DNA of 64,000 bases from positions 73,470,001 through 73,534,000 of the forward strand of contig NC_042998.1 in assembly GCF_006345805.1 (NCBI RefSeq), in the 5' to 3' direction. The DNA is from Octopus sinensis. Lineage: Eukaryota. This document shows positions 1 to 12,982 of this stretch, piece after piece (position 1 is the first letter of the stretch; the number at the start of each line of letters is the position of its first letter). Both the position numbers and the translations under genes were made by a program. The notes below the pieces were generated by a model. That model was not told the origin of the DNA. It ran no database searches and worked only from the letters and a program-made list of their open reading frames with translations.

Positions 1-97
1 CAGAATATTCACCGATCCCATTGCTTGGCTAATAGAGGGCTGTGAGAGCTTGATGCCATTCTAGATGCCAGGCGCCCAAATAATAATAATAATAATA
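1..97 (+). mobile_element. Probable 3' end of a non-LTR element terminating in an (AAT)n tail
   Basis: Non-repetitive sequence ends abruptly in aataataat, like the R4/Dong-type ends at 10.3-11.2 kb. No coding evidence within the window. Confidence 0.3.
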
Positions 98-99
98 AG

Positions 100-310
100 A
101 GTTTTAAATTTTGGCATAAGTCCAGCAAAATTCATCAAGGGGACAAGCAGATTCCACCGGGCCCCCAGTGCTCGATCGCTTTTTATTTTATCAATTCCGA
201 AAGAATGAAGAAAAAATCGACCTCGGCGAAATTTGGACTCAGAATGTAGACGAATGAAATGCCGCTAAGCATTTTGCCCGGAATGCCATCAATTCTGCCG
301 CTTCGCCTCC
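100..310 (-). mobile_element. tRNA-derived SINE, family A (Meta-domain-like), degenerate
   Basis: Matches the 42.0 kb copy in reverse: tcgacctcggcgaaatttggactcag ... gccgctaagcattttgcccg ... tcgcctcct. Confidence 0.8.
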
Positions 311-1947
311 TTTCACTCATTATATATTATCTAATTAACTGTCAGTGAAATTCTGAAAAGACGGAGAAGATATGGCTAAGTATTTTGTCCGGCGTGCTAA
401 TGATACTGCCACCTTGCTAATTATAGAAATAATCTCTTTTATAGCCACATTACAGATCACTTGAGATTAGGAAAAGTGAAATAAAAATAGAAATTAAGAA
501 TGAACGAGCAAAATATTTATAGCGAAATAGCCCCATTGAATTTCAGTTCGCTATCTAAGAATATATACAAAAGAAAATAATATTGATAAATGTCAAGTAT
601 AAATAGAATGCAACTACAAGCTTCTCAATTATGAAATTAGAATCTACTTTGAAAACAATAGAGGGGGATTTAGCTTGTATTTAAGTAAGAATAAAAGTAA
701 AAAGCCTAATAATATCTATAAAACTACAATGGAGTTTCATGTAGAATTGTAAAACAGAGAATTGCAAAGAAAAATTCCAATCAGAAATGTACCAATAAAA
801 ATATCAGCAAAAAAGAAATGTGACTACGAGAATGAGCATACCCTGAAAGGATTTTGTAGAGGACATATTAAGAATTAGCCTTTTAGGTTTTAGAAATTGA
901 ACAATTAGTAGCAAATCTCTAATATGCTGACAATAGTATTTTGCAATGGTCGAAAACATAGCGGCATTTAGGGATCAAGTCCGCAAGGAGGTACTCCAAA
1001 TAAGGTCGAGATCAGCATGAAAGAGTTCCGACAGAACATAACAAGTTACCTGAAAATAGCATTAACCTGTCTAACCTGATTCCTAATACAGAACCTGTAG
1101 CCAAACTTATAAAACTCAACAGCTCTGCTGCGTAGTTTAATACGCATTAGAAAACCATTACTAGAAGTTAGGTACACCTATTTTTCGAGGTCATCATATG
1201 TGGTAAAGTTATCTAAATCAAATATCCAAATATGTGGTAAAGCTATCTCGCCATACCGATAAATGTAAATTATGAACTGCTCTTATCCGCATCTTAGATT
1301 ATCAAATTAGGCATAACGAATTGCATACTAACCACTCACGTTAATCTCTACTTAATGATTATTCCCGTGTATACTAATAAATTTCTTGAATTACGGATCT
1401 GTTCGCTTATTATACCTTAAATATTCCTTGCTTCTCAAATGAAAACAACGTCGATCTATGTAAAGTTTCCGCTCTTAAAAGAATTCTTAATGGCAAGCAA
1501 TGACTTGAAAAATAACTATTGCAGAATTAATCCAGGCTAAAGTAAACAAACATGTGCTGTAAATACACGCGCACCAACATATATAAATAGTGTTTCGTCT
1601 AACAGCTTATTCAACAAGACTAATCTGAGTGAGTAAGAATAAGTCGTTAGGCAAAATTTGAAGTCCAAAGCAACAATATTTTAATCTACATTTAATATTG
1701 GGTCATTTCATCGCTAAGTGCTTCGCTGTTATTCATGAAGTGGATATAAAATGACCTCGTGTGTGTATGTGAGTGTGTTTGTGTGTGTGTTTGTGTGTGT
1801 GTGTGTGAGTGTTTATTTGCTTGTATGCATGTATATAATTATATGAATGTTTGTATGCATGTGGGTATGTATGTTGTAATGATAAAATAATGAAGTCAAC
1901 ACAAATAGGGGTATTGTGAAATCATTTAATACGTACGCTTCAGATCC

Positions 1948-2011
<64 letters not shown>

Positions 2012-2481
2012 AAGAGGAGACATTCTTTTTATGAATGAGAAAAAAGGAAACGGAGAAATTGAAATATAAACTTCAGTTTAGAACATATTTAATTCCAAAC
2101 AAAAAGAATCTCTTAGCAACCTACAATTGTTTCAATGCCCTATTAATTCTATTTGAGAAACGAAATGAAATTAAATTAAAGTTTCTTATTGAATATAGTT
2201 AACTGGGTATTTCGTAAGGAAAAAAATTTGATAGAAAGGAGCTACATTCCAACGTCTTGGTGGATCCTTGATAGACTCAGATACGTGCGTTTTTCCATCC
2301 AATATATTTTTAAAAACCCCTACTTATGTATATGTATATGCAAATTTATTTAATGCATTTGAGCGCGTGCGTATGTAATGTATTAGAAAACAAAGGTAGC
2401 CGTTAGTTTAAACGATATTTCGATACGATTACTATACTAGAAACTAAAAACATTATTCTTCCTTTATATTATGATTGATCA

Positions 2482-2575
2482 AGGTCGATAAAGTAAGTAC
2501 CAGTTTCGTAGTGGGGTCGATCTAAACGAGTGGACCCTCCCCCAAAATTTCGGGCCTTGTGTCTACAGTAGAAGA
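2482..2575 (+). mobile_element. SINE family A 3' fragment
   Basis: ggtcgataaagtaagtaccagttt...ggggtcgatc...aaatttcgggccttgtgtctacagtagaag matches the body and tail of the other copies. Confidence 0.7.
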
Positions 2576-3012
2576 GTATATTATGATAGATCAAAATCTC
2601 AGTAAAGTATTTAATCACTCAGTTGCAATTTCTAGTAATTATAGTTGAATAATAAATTATAATTATTGTTCTTTAATTAAAACCATAGCCGCGTATACTC
2701 AATATTATTTTTATGTATTTGTGCATGCTTGTGTTAATGTGTTGAAAGCTACGAGACGATGACGAATCAACACTGCTTACTATTTACCATAGCTGAATAT
2801 AACGTCCCTCAACATTTGTGCCCAATATATTTATTCAAATAATAATGAGAATAAATAAAAATGACCTTAATTGAGGAAAGCATTAACGTTAACAAATCCA
2901 AATAATAGAAAATTAAACTTTTATCAAATTAATATGTAGTATCATTAACTTAATATTAACTTGTTATTAATAAAATAATCCCAATAATCGAGAGTAGCCA
3001 CGCCTTCAATTC

Positions 3013-3082
<70 letters not shown>

Positions 3083-5340
3083 GGTGTGTCGTTTTATTCA
3101 ATTATTGTAATTACAAATTTTAATGACCATTATCCGACGTACAAAGCAATAAATTGGTTTTCATATTTTACATATCGTTATCTATTTTATGTATCATTGT
3201 TATCATTGTTATCTATTTTTTGACACATTACATACGCACGCACACAAATGCATTAAACAAATTTACATATACATATACATAAGTGACAGTTTTTTAAATA
3301 AATTGAATGTAAAAGCGCACATATTTGAGTTTATCAATGAACTACCAACACATTGGAATGAAGCTTCTTATCAAATTATTCCCCTGACGAAATACCCAGT
3401 TAGCAAATTGAATAGGAAACTTTAATTTAATCTAATTTTAATTTTTATTTCCCAAATTGTATTAATTGGGCATTGAAACAATTGTTAAGAGTCTGGTTTC
3501 GTTTGGAATTAAATATGTTCACATAATTTCTTCGTTTTCTTTTTCTCATATAAACAATAATATAATTATCAATGCGAAGCTAACATCTTTGGTTTTTCAC
3601 TGATAAACTGGATAAAACCGAAGAACTTGGATACTGACATCCCTCTAAGAGCGTTTTATTTCCCTGATTTAAGTATATATATAAACTGATGTGATTTTGT
3701 GACTTTTAAATGCAGATAGTGGACAATGAATTTTAAAGATAAATCAACTTGCAAAATTTCAAAATCGCAGAAAATATCTAGGAATATATAGGAAATACTG
3801 AAATACAGAAGGGTGAACTACGTGAAGATTATATAACAGAAATATATCAAGACCTGTTCAAACCATAAAAGTGTTCGGTTCTGACATTTGCATTAAGTTT
3901 TATATAGATAAATGAGGTAGTAAAGTTACTTTTCTGGTCAAGTAATTAAATATTTGAGACGAAACCAACGAGAATATTCTTAAGCCAGAACCTAGTGAAG
4001 CATTGAAATATGTGGTTAGTAACAACGTAGAATGTATAAGACATGCCAACATGAAAGAAAAAGATCCAAACTGGAAGACGTGCAAGGACTAATATTGATC
4101 CTAAAGAAGGAAATGATTGCCAAAAGTAGGCTGTAAACTATTGATTTTTTATATGTTTCTCTACGAATAGCATACAGCCTCGTGCAGGGTTTATTAGCGT
4201 AGACATGGCTGTTTGGCTAAAACGTGCACGTCACAGATAATGCATAGACGCATATGGCATGCATTGCCGGATTAATCAATGTGAGAATTCCTCAGTCAAG
4301 CATCGAAACCTGACAACAGAACTGTTTAACAGATTGCAATTAATCTTCGATGCTTTTACTCTAACGTGAACATTTACATATTTAACCAACGTTATCGGAT
4401 CTCTACTTCACAAGGACGTTATTTTTTGTGAAACCTTTCAATATATTTTTATTGCTAAAAGTGTACAATCAAAGGAAATATAATGATAGTGTTCTCTGTT
4501 CGAAATGTATTCTTCATCTCTTCCTCCACCTCCACCTTCTCCTTCTTTGTATTCTTCATATTCGTAATTTTTCTTCTTCTTCTTCTTCTTCTTCTTCTTC
4601 TTCTTCTTCTTCTTCTTCTTCTTCTTTTTCTTCTGTGTATTCTTCTTTTTCTTCTTATTCGTATTTGTCTCATGCTTCATATTCGTTTGTATTTCTTCTA
4701 CTCCCTCTTCTTCAATGCTGGAAGATGCACATCGTGAAAACGCACTTTCCAAGCAAGTCTGTTAAAGTGCAGCTCTAATATCTAAAACTGCAAACATTAT
4801 CTTAATTTTCTCTTCGTATTTTTCGTAAACTGGTGTTGTAAGCAGAGTTAATCGAGAAACAATTGTAACGAATCATTAAAGTTGTGTTAAGAATTTATTT
4901 GTCTTATTATTTGGATTATAATTTATTCTTCGCCAAAACCACACAACTGTGTTGCAGTCGTGAACCTAGGATTTTCAATGCTTGAAGAATGTTGGCATTG
5001 GTCGTGAACCCGCGAGTGTTGATAGCCCAGAATTCGGGTTGGGTGCTTCTCTGGGAATACCCTACCTTTGTGCCATATATATATATATATATATATATAT
5101 TAACAATTGAGGATAAAATCTTTAAAAGAAATTATCAGTAGTCAGCGCGAAAAACCTCGTAAGAGTAAAACATCCGTAAATTCTTCCTCTTTGAAAATAT
5201 TCATTTATATTATATTGAGGGTACTACTATTCGTAGATACCAACACGCTAAGAGGGACCAATGCAGTCAAAACTACTGAAAATAAACAAAATTTTACCGA
5301 ATGCAAAACTTCAAAACACATCATTTTAAAAAAGAATTCA

Positions 5341-5404
5341 GTTACATATCATATGTGATTTCGCATTTAATGCAGAATATGCATTTCATGTTCATCAGTG
5401 CAAC
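5341..5404 (-). ncRNA. Type I hammerhead ribozyme, copy 1
   Basis: Minus strand reads GUUGCA-CUGAUGA-A-CAUGAAAUGC-auauucu-GCAUUAAAUG-C-GAAA-UCA-caua-UGAU-A-UGUAAC. Stem I is 6 bp, the core is canonical, stem III is 4 bp, and the cleavage triplet is AUA. Confidence 0.85.
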
Positions 5405-5837
5405 AAACTCAAGAGATATAAGAGAAAACATAACATTACAAGCTCGATAGCCAACCGTAGAATTCGTCGTAGCATGTACGAATGTTTATCTTTACATATC
5501 TATGAAAATGGCGGGCTTATTCGCAATGCATTTCGGTTACAAATTGTCTAGTCGGAATAAAAATTCAGTATTGAACTATTCCGGTGAAAAATATAAATTA
5601 ACAATTGAGGATAAAATCTTTAAAAGAAATTATCAGTAGTCAGCGTGAAAAACCTCGTAAGAGAAAAAATCCGTAAATTCTTCCTCTTTGAAAATATTCA
5701 TTTATATTATATTGAGGGTACTACTATTCGTAGATACCAACACGCTAAGAGGGACCAATGCGGTCAAAACTACTAAAAATAAACAAAATTTTACCGAATG
5801 CAAAACTTCAAAACACATCATTTTAAAAAAGAATTCA

Positions 5838-5901
5838 GTTACATATCACATGTGATTTCGCATTTAATGCAGAATATGCATTTCATGTTCATCAGTGCAA
5901 C
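5838..5901 (-). ncRNA. Type I hammerhead ribozyme, copy 2
   Basis: Same fold as copy 1. Stem III is the perfect 12-nt palindrome ATCACATGTGAT (5845-5856). Confidence 0.85.
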
Positions 5902-6041
5902 AAACTCAAGAAATATAAGAGAAAACATAACATTACAAGCTCGATAGCCAACCGTAGAATTCGTCGTAGCATGTACGAATATATATATATATATATACGT
6001 GTTTATGCGTGTGCGTGTGTGTGTGTGTGTGTGTGCGTGAT

Positions 6042-6075
<34 letters not shown>

Positions 6076-7279
6076 TTAGAAAAGCGGGGAAAGAAACTAA
6101 TGCGAATGAAAACACACTATGGTATATTGTGTCCGACCGCACCACTGCCCACTTTTCTTTTGTATTGGTAACAATATAGCCAAGGCAAATTCTTAGAAAG
6201 CGGTACTCCAATGTGGCCATAATCTAATGACTGAGACCAGTAAACAACGGATGAAATAAGATTAATCGTCTGTTGAGTTTACAAATAAGTAAGAGACATA
6301 TGAACACAGAGATAAAAGTAGGTGATAAACACCTCCAATTATATTAAATCTAAGTCTGACACATTTATTAAAGTTACTTTCCCAAATACATTACAAATAA
6401 ACGAAATAATGATGTACATCAGAATGATATACCCTCAGAGGAGAAGTAGATACATTTAAAATTGAGGAAAAAAATATACTGAACTAGAAATTCTATATAT
6501 CTGAGCGACTAATTGGATTCCTCGGAGTCGCTTGTATTCTCAAAAAGAAAAAAAAACTATTCATCTTGAAATTTCCACATAAGAAAGTCTCAGGCTCGTT
6601 TTTGGAATTCTTATAACATTTATTCGAAGATATAGATTATAAAGAAAACAACTCCTTATCAAGTATATTATGTCAACAGAAGTAAAATATTAAGAATAAA
6701 CACAGAAAAATAAATCAGTCAGGTTAAATTGCATAAAAGAAGAGTCACTATTCATTAGTGGTTTCTCTATATCTAAATATATTAACGTAATTGTTACATC
6801 ACACCAACTATATGCGAATGTGTGTAGTGCTGGTAGATAGATATATAGATAGATACACAGACAGACAGATACATACATACATACATACATACATACATAC
6901 ATACATACATACATGCATATATAATCCATACCTAATTTATACGACCTCTTGGTTTTTCTTTTTTTTTTTTGCGTAAAGCAGCGTCGAATTTTGCAGTTCT
7001 GTAAATGATGATACAGTGTTTTATATGCTTGATTTTTGAAAGCGATCCCCATGTCTAATAATGGGGCATAGAAACCATCAAGGGCTTATATACCGCAGTA
7101 TTATACTATTTTCTTTAGTCATTGCACGGTGATCGCTCATAAGCTTCAAAAATTTATAAAATAATGTGTGTGTGTGTGACGGACTTTCCCATCGAGCGTT
7201 CAGATTTTGCCGAACGACACGCACAAAGGATTTGTTTATTGTGATCAAATGTTCGTGCCGCACATTTACTCACTATCTC

Positions 7280-7362
7280 CATCAAATCAACGTTGTCAGG
7301 TGTTGAAGTGGTTAGAGAGCAACGTGAGGTGAAGTGCTTTGCTCAAAGAACACAACGCTGCT
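7280..7362 (-). mobile_element. SINE remnant (CORE-like segment)
   Basis: gagcaacgtgaggtgaagtgctttgctcaaagaacacaacgc resembles the reverse complement of a CORE-type SINE central domain (recognised from recall). Confidence 0.45.
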
Positions 7363-9204
7363 CCTGAAATAGCGAAAGCCGACTTTCTTTTCGAAATCAT
7401 TAAATCTGTAAAATAAAACTACTCACTCGTCCGTTATCTTTCGCTCCTCCCGATTCGTCTTATTCAATTCGTATTGGGAAACTTTGCGTTGTCACTTCTT
7501 TTGCTCGTAATAGCAGTCAAATACCTTCAAATCGGCCCATCTAACATATTTTATTGTGAGATTTTGGATACACTTTGTCAAAATTGTGGGTGAAATCGTT
7601 GTAGGTAAATTATCTCGGTTGGTGCTTTTGTTAATGATTTTGGCATTGAAGACATACGTGTTGCAAACTATCGAGTTATATTTTCGTGTCGAAAATGGCC
7701 CTCAGGAAATTATCGAATATTATTGCACGATATGTAATGCAAATCAATTGAAACAAGATATACGGTAACATGTTGGTGATTCAAGGTTTTTCTCACATGG
7801 TATGTTATAGAATGAATGAAAGAAAATATTTGAAATAAAGTATACAGTATATATTTTCCATTAAAAAGCAAGAACCCATCGCCAATTGGAGATCGTAACC
7901 GATACCATATATCACGAATAGTACTTGAAAAGAATCTTCTACAGTTCTAACCTACAACTACGTGACCACAAGTTCAGTGTGCAGCGATTCAACCAGGCCG
8001 TGCTCGCAGGTTCGCTCACTTTTCCGAAAAGTATATTGTGGGTAGCTGAGGAATACAAACTACTCCTTTTTTTTCAAACAAAAGTAGAGTCCATACTTTT
8101 GTGATTGATAAACCTCTTCTACAAGCGACCACAACTGTTCAGCATAATTCCAAAGATCAACAATATTCCGACAATGAAAGCGTGAGGCCGAATTATCCCA
8201 CTCTGTATATTTTAGATATGACCGCTCAATTGCACTCTTGAGGCAGTAAAGATTACTCTACACCGACACTGCCCATCTGTCTGTGACACTCCTAAACCGA
8301 GTAACTTTAGAAGACGTTCACGACCTGAAATCCTTCCTGAAGAGACAGCAAATTTGTGTTTCTTTGACAGGCAGGATCTCTCTGAAATGTCGTTCCACAT
8401 ATTCACGACTAACGATTGATATAATAAGTTTGAAAGGGTAGGTGTCTGAGAGCTCCTGACAACATTTCATATGCCTGTGCATGGCCCGACTCCGAGAAAA
8501 AGAGGATTTATAGAACGATATAACCTACAAAAGGCAACTGTACATCTCTGCGTAGGAGTGTCTGAATTACAATAAATTCCGTGTATGGCTACGCAACAAG
8601 TAATATATAAAACAATTTTTTGTCGCTGTTCCTTTAAGTTTTCACAGCTGTTTCTTCTTGACGACAGAAACCAATTATTTGAGTCGTTCATGCGTTTTAG
8701 ATATTAAAAAAATTAGTTTCTCTTTAGTCTTTAGTTGAAAAATTTGCAGTCTTACAGAGTATATTTTATAATATATTCATATATTTCTTGTTGAATGGAA
8801 ATGTAATCTTTACTGAATATTATCTTTCCAGGTCGGATTGTGGGTCATCATTTTCCTTCCTTATCTGTCTATATATGCTTATTTATTTAGCGTTATGTTT
8901 AGATTATAACTATAACTTACTACAGGAACAACTAATATGTTCATGTCCATAATCTTTTTGCTTTTAGTCTTGTTTTAAGTATAGTCTAATGCATTTTTAA
9001 TATTCCCCCTAAAGTATTCCTTAGCATATGTATGCATTTATGCGTGGTATTCTTTTGTGTTAATTTTGTTCTAAATATATAGAACTCTGTGTTTCCTCTA
9101 ATTCTCTTACAGTTTATATTAGTCTTCTTAATAATTGGCTTTTAAATGTTAATGTGACGTATTTATATATACCGTCCATTTTAATAATAATAATAATAAT
9201 AATA

Positions 9205-9245
<41 letters not shown>

Positions 9246-9417
9246 TTTACTTCTTATATAAGGGTAAAATTTTTCAAACAAATTTCCTCAGTGGCCAGCA
9301 TATTAAAACACCTTTGAAGGTGAAAATTATTAACAATTATAAATAAGAGCAAAAGAAAAAAAATTCTACGCCAATATACTGAAAAATAGACTTTAGATCG
9401 GCGATATTATATTTTTT

Positions 9418-9817
9418 ACTATAAATACACACCGTGTTGAAACGAGGAAAGCAAGCTAACAGAAATTTCTATAATTCGTTATTCCCGAATCGGACAGATT
9501 TCTGTATTAATCAAAAAGGTTCTTCCTTCGTCAGCGAGAAACACGATAAGAATAAATAGAATACTTACATATACCCACGGAAAAAGAAGATCCAAAGTCA
9601 TGAGTACATTTAAGTACCCCAAATATATCTTAACAGAAATTATGTTAGCAAGGTGAGGCTTTCTATTTTAAGTATTCCATTTATTCTTATCGTGTTTCTC
9701 ACTGACGAAGGAAGAATCCTTTTGGATTAATCAAGAAATCGGTCCGATTCGGGTATGACGAATTTTAAAGATTTCCGTCAACTTGCTTTCCTCATTTCAA
9801 ACACGTTTAAATATAGT
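9418..9817. repeat. Imperfect inverted repeat (arms of about 150 bp, spacer 9568-9668) with a degenerate HHR in each arm
   Basis: Arms 9418-9567 and 9669-9817 are reverse complements. Each carries CTGACGA...GAAA-TC(G/T)GT-C. Confidence 0.75.
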
Positions 9818-10028
9818 GAGAAATATTGTATGTGGTTGGACGATCTAAAGTCTATTTTTCAGCATATTGGCATAGAAAATATTTTTCTTTTGCACTTATA
9901 TATAAGAAGAAGAAGTAGAAGAAGAAGAAGAAGAACAACAACAACAACAACAACTACTACAAAAGAAAAAGAAGAAGAAGAAGAAGAAGAAGAAGAAGAA
10001 GAAGAAGAAGAAGAAGAAGAAGAAATCT

Positions 10029-10220
10029 TTCTATTATAGACACAGGGCGTGAAATTTTGTGGGAGAGGACTTATCGATTGCATCGACACCATTGTTTTGC
10101 TGGTATTAAATTTATCGACCCCCAAAAAGAGTCGACCTCGGCGGAATTTGAGCTCAGAGCGTTAAGATGGACGAAATGCTGCTAAGCCCGCGTGCTAATA
10201 GCTCTTCCAGCTCGCCGCCT
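10029..10220 (-). mobile_element. SINE family A
   Basis: gtcgacctcggcggaatttgagctcag ... ccagctcgccgcct. Confidence 0.85.
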
Positions 10221-10254
10221 TAAAATAATAATAATAATAATATAATAATAATAA

Positions 10255-10468
10255 TAAAAATATTCAGACAAATACATAATAAAAACACCAGGACTTACAA
10301 ACACATATAACATACAGAAAATTGCGCTACTAGGCACTGCACACATCCTACGCAGAACACTTTCCATACAATAACCATCAGAGCATCACAACAAATCACA
10401 GCACATACCCAAGGCACACAGAGCTGCGCTCGGTAGTGAAGTGAAAGCACGCTATAAAAATAAAACTA

Positions 10469-10560
<92 letters not shown>
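10255..10560 (+). mobile_element. R4/Dong-like non-LTR retrotransposon 3' end with (AAT)n tail
   Basis: Translates to IQKIALLGTAHILRRTLS*, the conserved C-terminus after the restriction-like endonuclease. A short 3'UTR follows, then about 30 AAT units. Confidence 0.75.
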
Positions 10561-10563
<3 letters not shown>

Positions 10564-10634
10564 AACAACATCAACAACAACACAAACAAAAACAACAACA
10601 ACAAAATATGATAATAGAATCTATAGTCCATATC

Positions 10635-11165
10635 ACGAACGAATGCCCTACACATGCCCAAACCAACTACAAGTTGTGGCGACACGATCAGGTAGCGGAA
10701 GAGCTACATTGTAAACTGTGCGAAAAGTGGGTGTTAGAGAGAGGCAAGACGTGGTATGAGCATAAGCTGCAGAGAGTGGCGGAGTCGGAGACTAGCAAAA
10801 TCCTCTGAGATTTCCCAATCCAAACAGGTCAAGTTCTAGAGCATAGCAGACCGGACCTAGTGGTAGCGGACAAGATGCACCACATATGCTATATAGTTGA
10901 TGCTGCATGCCACGAAGAGTCAAGAAAGAAAGCGAAAAGATAGATTAATACAACACTCTTAAGTGCGAAATAACACGGCGATGGAAAATGAAGAAGGTGC
11001 CAATTATTGTTGGGTCCTTGGGAACAGTATCAGAATGCAGCAAGGTGAATATAAAGGAAATTGGATTAGAGTGCCGAGTAGAAGTGTTACAAAATGTTTG
11101 CCTCCTTGGCACGGCCAGAATAATCAGGCAAGTGTTGGATATCTTAAAGCTGAAAAGAATGGATA
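10635..11165 (+). mobile_element. R4/Dong-like RLE domain remnant (stop codon and frameshifts)
   Basis: CPTHAQTNYKLWRHDQVA..WYEHK..KIL*DFPIQT..RPDLVV..IVDAAC..VPIIVGSLG..LQNVCLLGTARIIRQVL matches the RHD / WDF / RPD / D-E-K endonuclease region of R4-clade elements. Confidence 0.8.
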
Positions 11166-11207
11166 ACATCAACAATAAAAACAATAATAATAGTAATATT
11201 AATTCTT

Positions 11208-11385
11208 GTTTCTACTGGAAACATAAGGCCTCAAATTTGGGGAAGGAATTAAGTCGATTACATCGACTTCAGTGCGAAATTGGTAATTAATTTATCTACC
11301 CCGAAATTTGAACTCAGATTTCAGTGATAGGCAAAATAACGCTAAGCATTTCCCAGGTGTGCTAATGATTCTGCCAGCTCGCCTC
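11208..11385 (-). mobile_element. SINE family A, internally deleted
   Basis: Tail ctactggaaacataaggcc and head ctgccagctcgcct are present; part of the middle is missing. Confidence 0.75.
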
Positions 11386-11409
11386 AAAAATACTAATAAT
11401 ATTAATAAT

Positions 11410-11618
11410 CCTTTCTACTATAGGCATAGGGGCTGAAATTTGGGGGAGCGAGTGATCGATTACATCGACCCCGGTACTCAACTGGTACTTAATTTATTGA
11501 CCCCGAAAGGATGAAAAGCAAATTCGACCTCGGCTGAATTTGAACTCAGAACGTAGCGACGGCCGAAATACGGCTAAGTATTTCGCCCGACGTACTAACG
11601 ATTCTGCCAGCTCGCCTC
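11410..11618 (-). mobile_element. SINE family A, near full length
   Basis: ccccgaaaggatgaaagcaaattcgacctcggc...aacgattctgccagctcgcct. Confidence 0.9.
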
Positions 11619-11623
11619 AATAA

Positions 11624-11624
11624 C

Positions 11625-11707
<83 letters not shown>

Positions 11708-11708
11708 C
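11624..11708. repeat. (AGT)n microsatellite
   Basis: Near-perfect trinucleotide array. Confidence 0.95.
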
Positions 11709-11711
11709 AGT

Positions 11712-12006
11712 CCTTTCTACTGAAAGCACAAAGTCTGACATCTGAGATTAGTCAATTACATCCACCGCAGTGTTTCACTGGAACTTAATTTTTCGACTCC
11801 GAAAGAATGAAAGGCAAGGTTGACTGCGGCGGAATTTGAACTCAAAGCGTGAGGACGGATGAAATACCGCTATTTCGCCCGTCGTACTAATGATTCTGCC
11901 AGCTCGCCTCCTTAAAGTCGATCTCGGAACATAAACACGGATGAAATACCGCTATGAAGTTTGAAGTTTGCCCGGCGCACTAGCGGTCCTGCCAGCTCGC
12001 CGCCTT
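11712..12006 (-). mobile_element. SINE family A, full copy plus a second head fragment
   Basis: Two successive ctgccagctcgcc heads (about 11900 and about 12000). Confidence 0.85.
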
Positions 12007-12007
12007 C

Positions 12008-12049
<42 letters not shown>

Positions 12050-12603
12050 TCCCTGATAAAGTACCAGGCAGTGGCCCTCGTGGTTTCTGTTCTTAACTGA
12101 TTGGAAGTGTTATCATGTACATTGTTTTGTCTTGGTATTAAAGACAAAACAACGTACATATTCTGCTCAATACTGCAGATTTGCTTGTCAATTGCTTGAC
12201 CATAACTAGTTGAGCATGTCCCTTAGTGGTTGACGATATGTGCATCTCTGATCACAAGCAGAAGTAGTGGGGGAGCATCATAGCCATGTGTTGAGAGGGA
12301 TTCTTTGGGGTTTGAATAATTCACCTTTGGAAACATGGGTGTTTCGTTCAACATCCTTAAACAACCCTTATTCAGGGACCTTTTCAGCGGGATGGGTTAC
12401 TCGAGCAGAAGAAAATTCTAACTAGGCACCACCTGCAAGGTCATGTGCTGTTTATCTTGATTTGAGATCACCATGTTGCGTACATGTGGTTGTGATGCAT
12501 GTGCCTGGTGTACCCATATCAGACAGGTAGTCATGATGGGTATACTGGGCTTCGTATATTTTACCTCAGTGTCACTTAGATGACATGCACTGCTCTATCA
12601 CTC

Positions 12604-12671
<68 letters not shown>

Positions 12672-12690
12672 TAATAATAATAATATAACT
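12050..12690 (+). mobile_element. Interspersed repeat, probably a long LINE 3'UTR ending in (AAT)n
   Basis: About 550 bp of more GC-rich non-coding sequence between two AAT arrays, ending ctatcactc(aat)n. No ORF. Confidence 0.4.
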
Positions 12691-12900
12691 ATTCAATTAG
12701 GAAAACTTTCTATGGATTTCTACATATTGTGTAGACTCATAACTATAGAGACAATCACAGCCACCTTTATGCAGAAGTATATTTATGAACCTACATATTT
12801 AGCTAACTAATTGCACATTTCATACTTTCTTTGACATTAAAAAATATCAGTTCCTTATCGCCAGGGTGTCAGTGTATATTAGTTAAAAGATCCATCTCAC

Positions 12901-12982
12901 CCGACGGCATTAGAAGCGTAAACGAAATAGCTAAAACAAGCCGCAGACGTAGTTCACTAAGAAATTCCCACCTACGCTTCAT
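12901..12982 (-). CDS. Candidate first coding exon of a secreted or membrane protein (signal-peptide-like MKRRWEFLSELRLRLVLAISFTLLMPS/G)
   Basis: Acceptor tgttttatattttcctag before 13012, ACCATG start, basic N-region plus hydrophobic stretch, and phase-1 donor TCGG|gtgaga at 12901/12900. No downstream exon could be confirmed. Confidence 0.4.

Larger units (their letters stand above)
5101..5980 (-). mobile_element. Tandem (about 1.8 units of about 497 bp) HHR-bearing non-coding retroelement, retrozyme-like
   Basis: Direct repeats 5101-5483 and 5599-5980 differ at only about 7 positions. Each contains a full type I HHR on the minus strand. (AT)n abuts both outer ends. Confidence 0.8.

Noticed and set aside
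1340-1556. Minus-strand exon candidate with good tttacag acceptor and AAC|gtgagt donor
   Set aside because: All three frames contain stops, so it cannot be the next coding exon; it could only be non-coding.
7427-7540. Minus-strand segment ending in GA|gtgagt
   Set aside because: Weak acceptor and stops in all frames.
8150-8700. Possible very old RT fragment (YRSI, QEGF-like pieces)
   Set aside because: The motifs are too degraded to call without a profile search.
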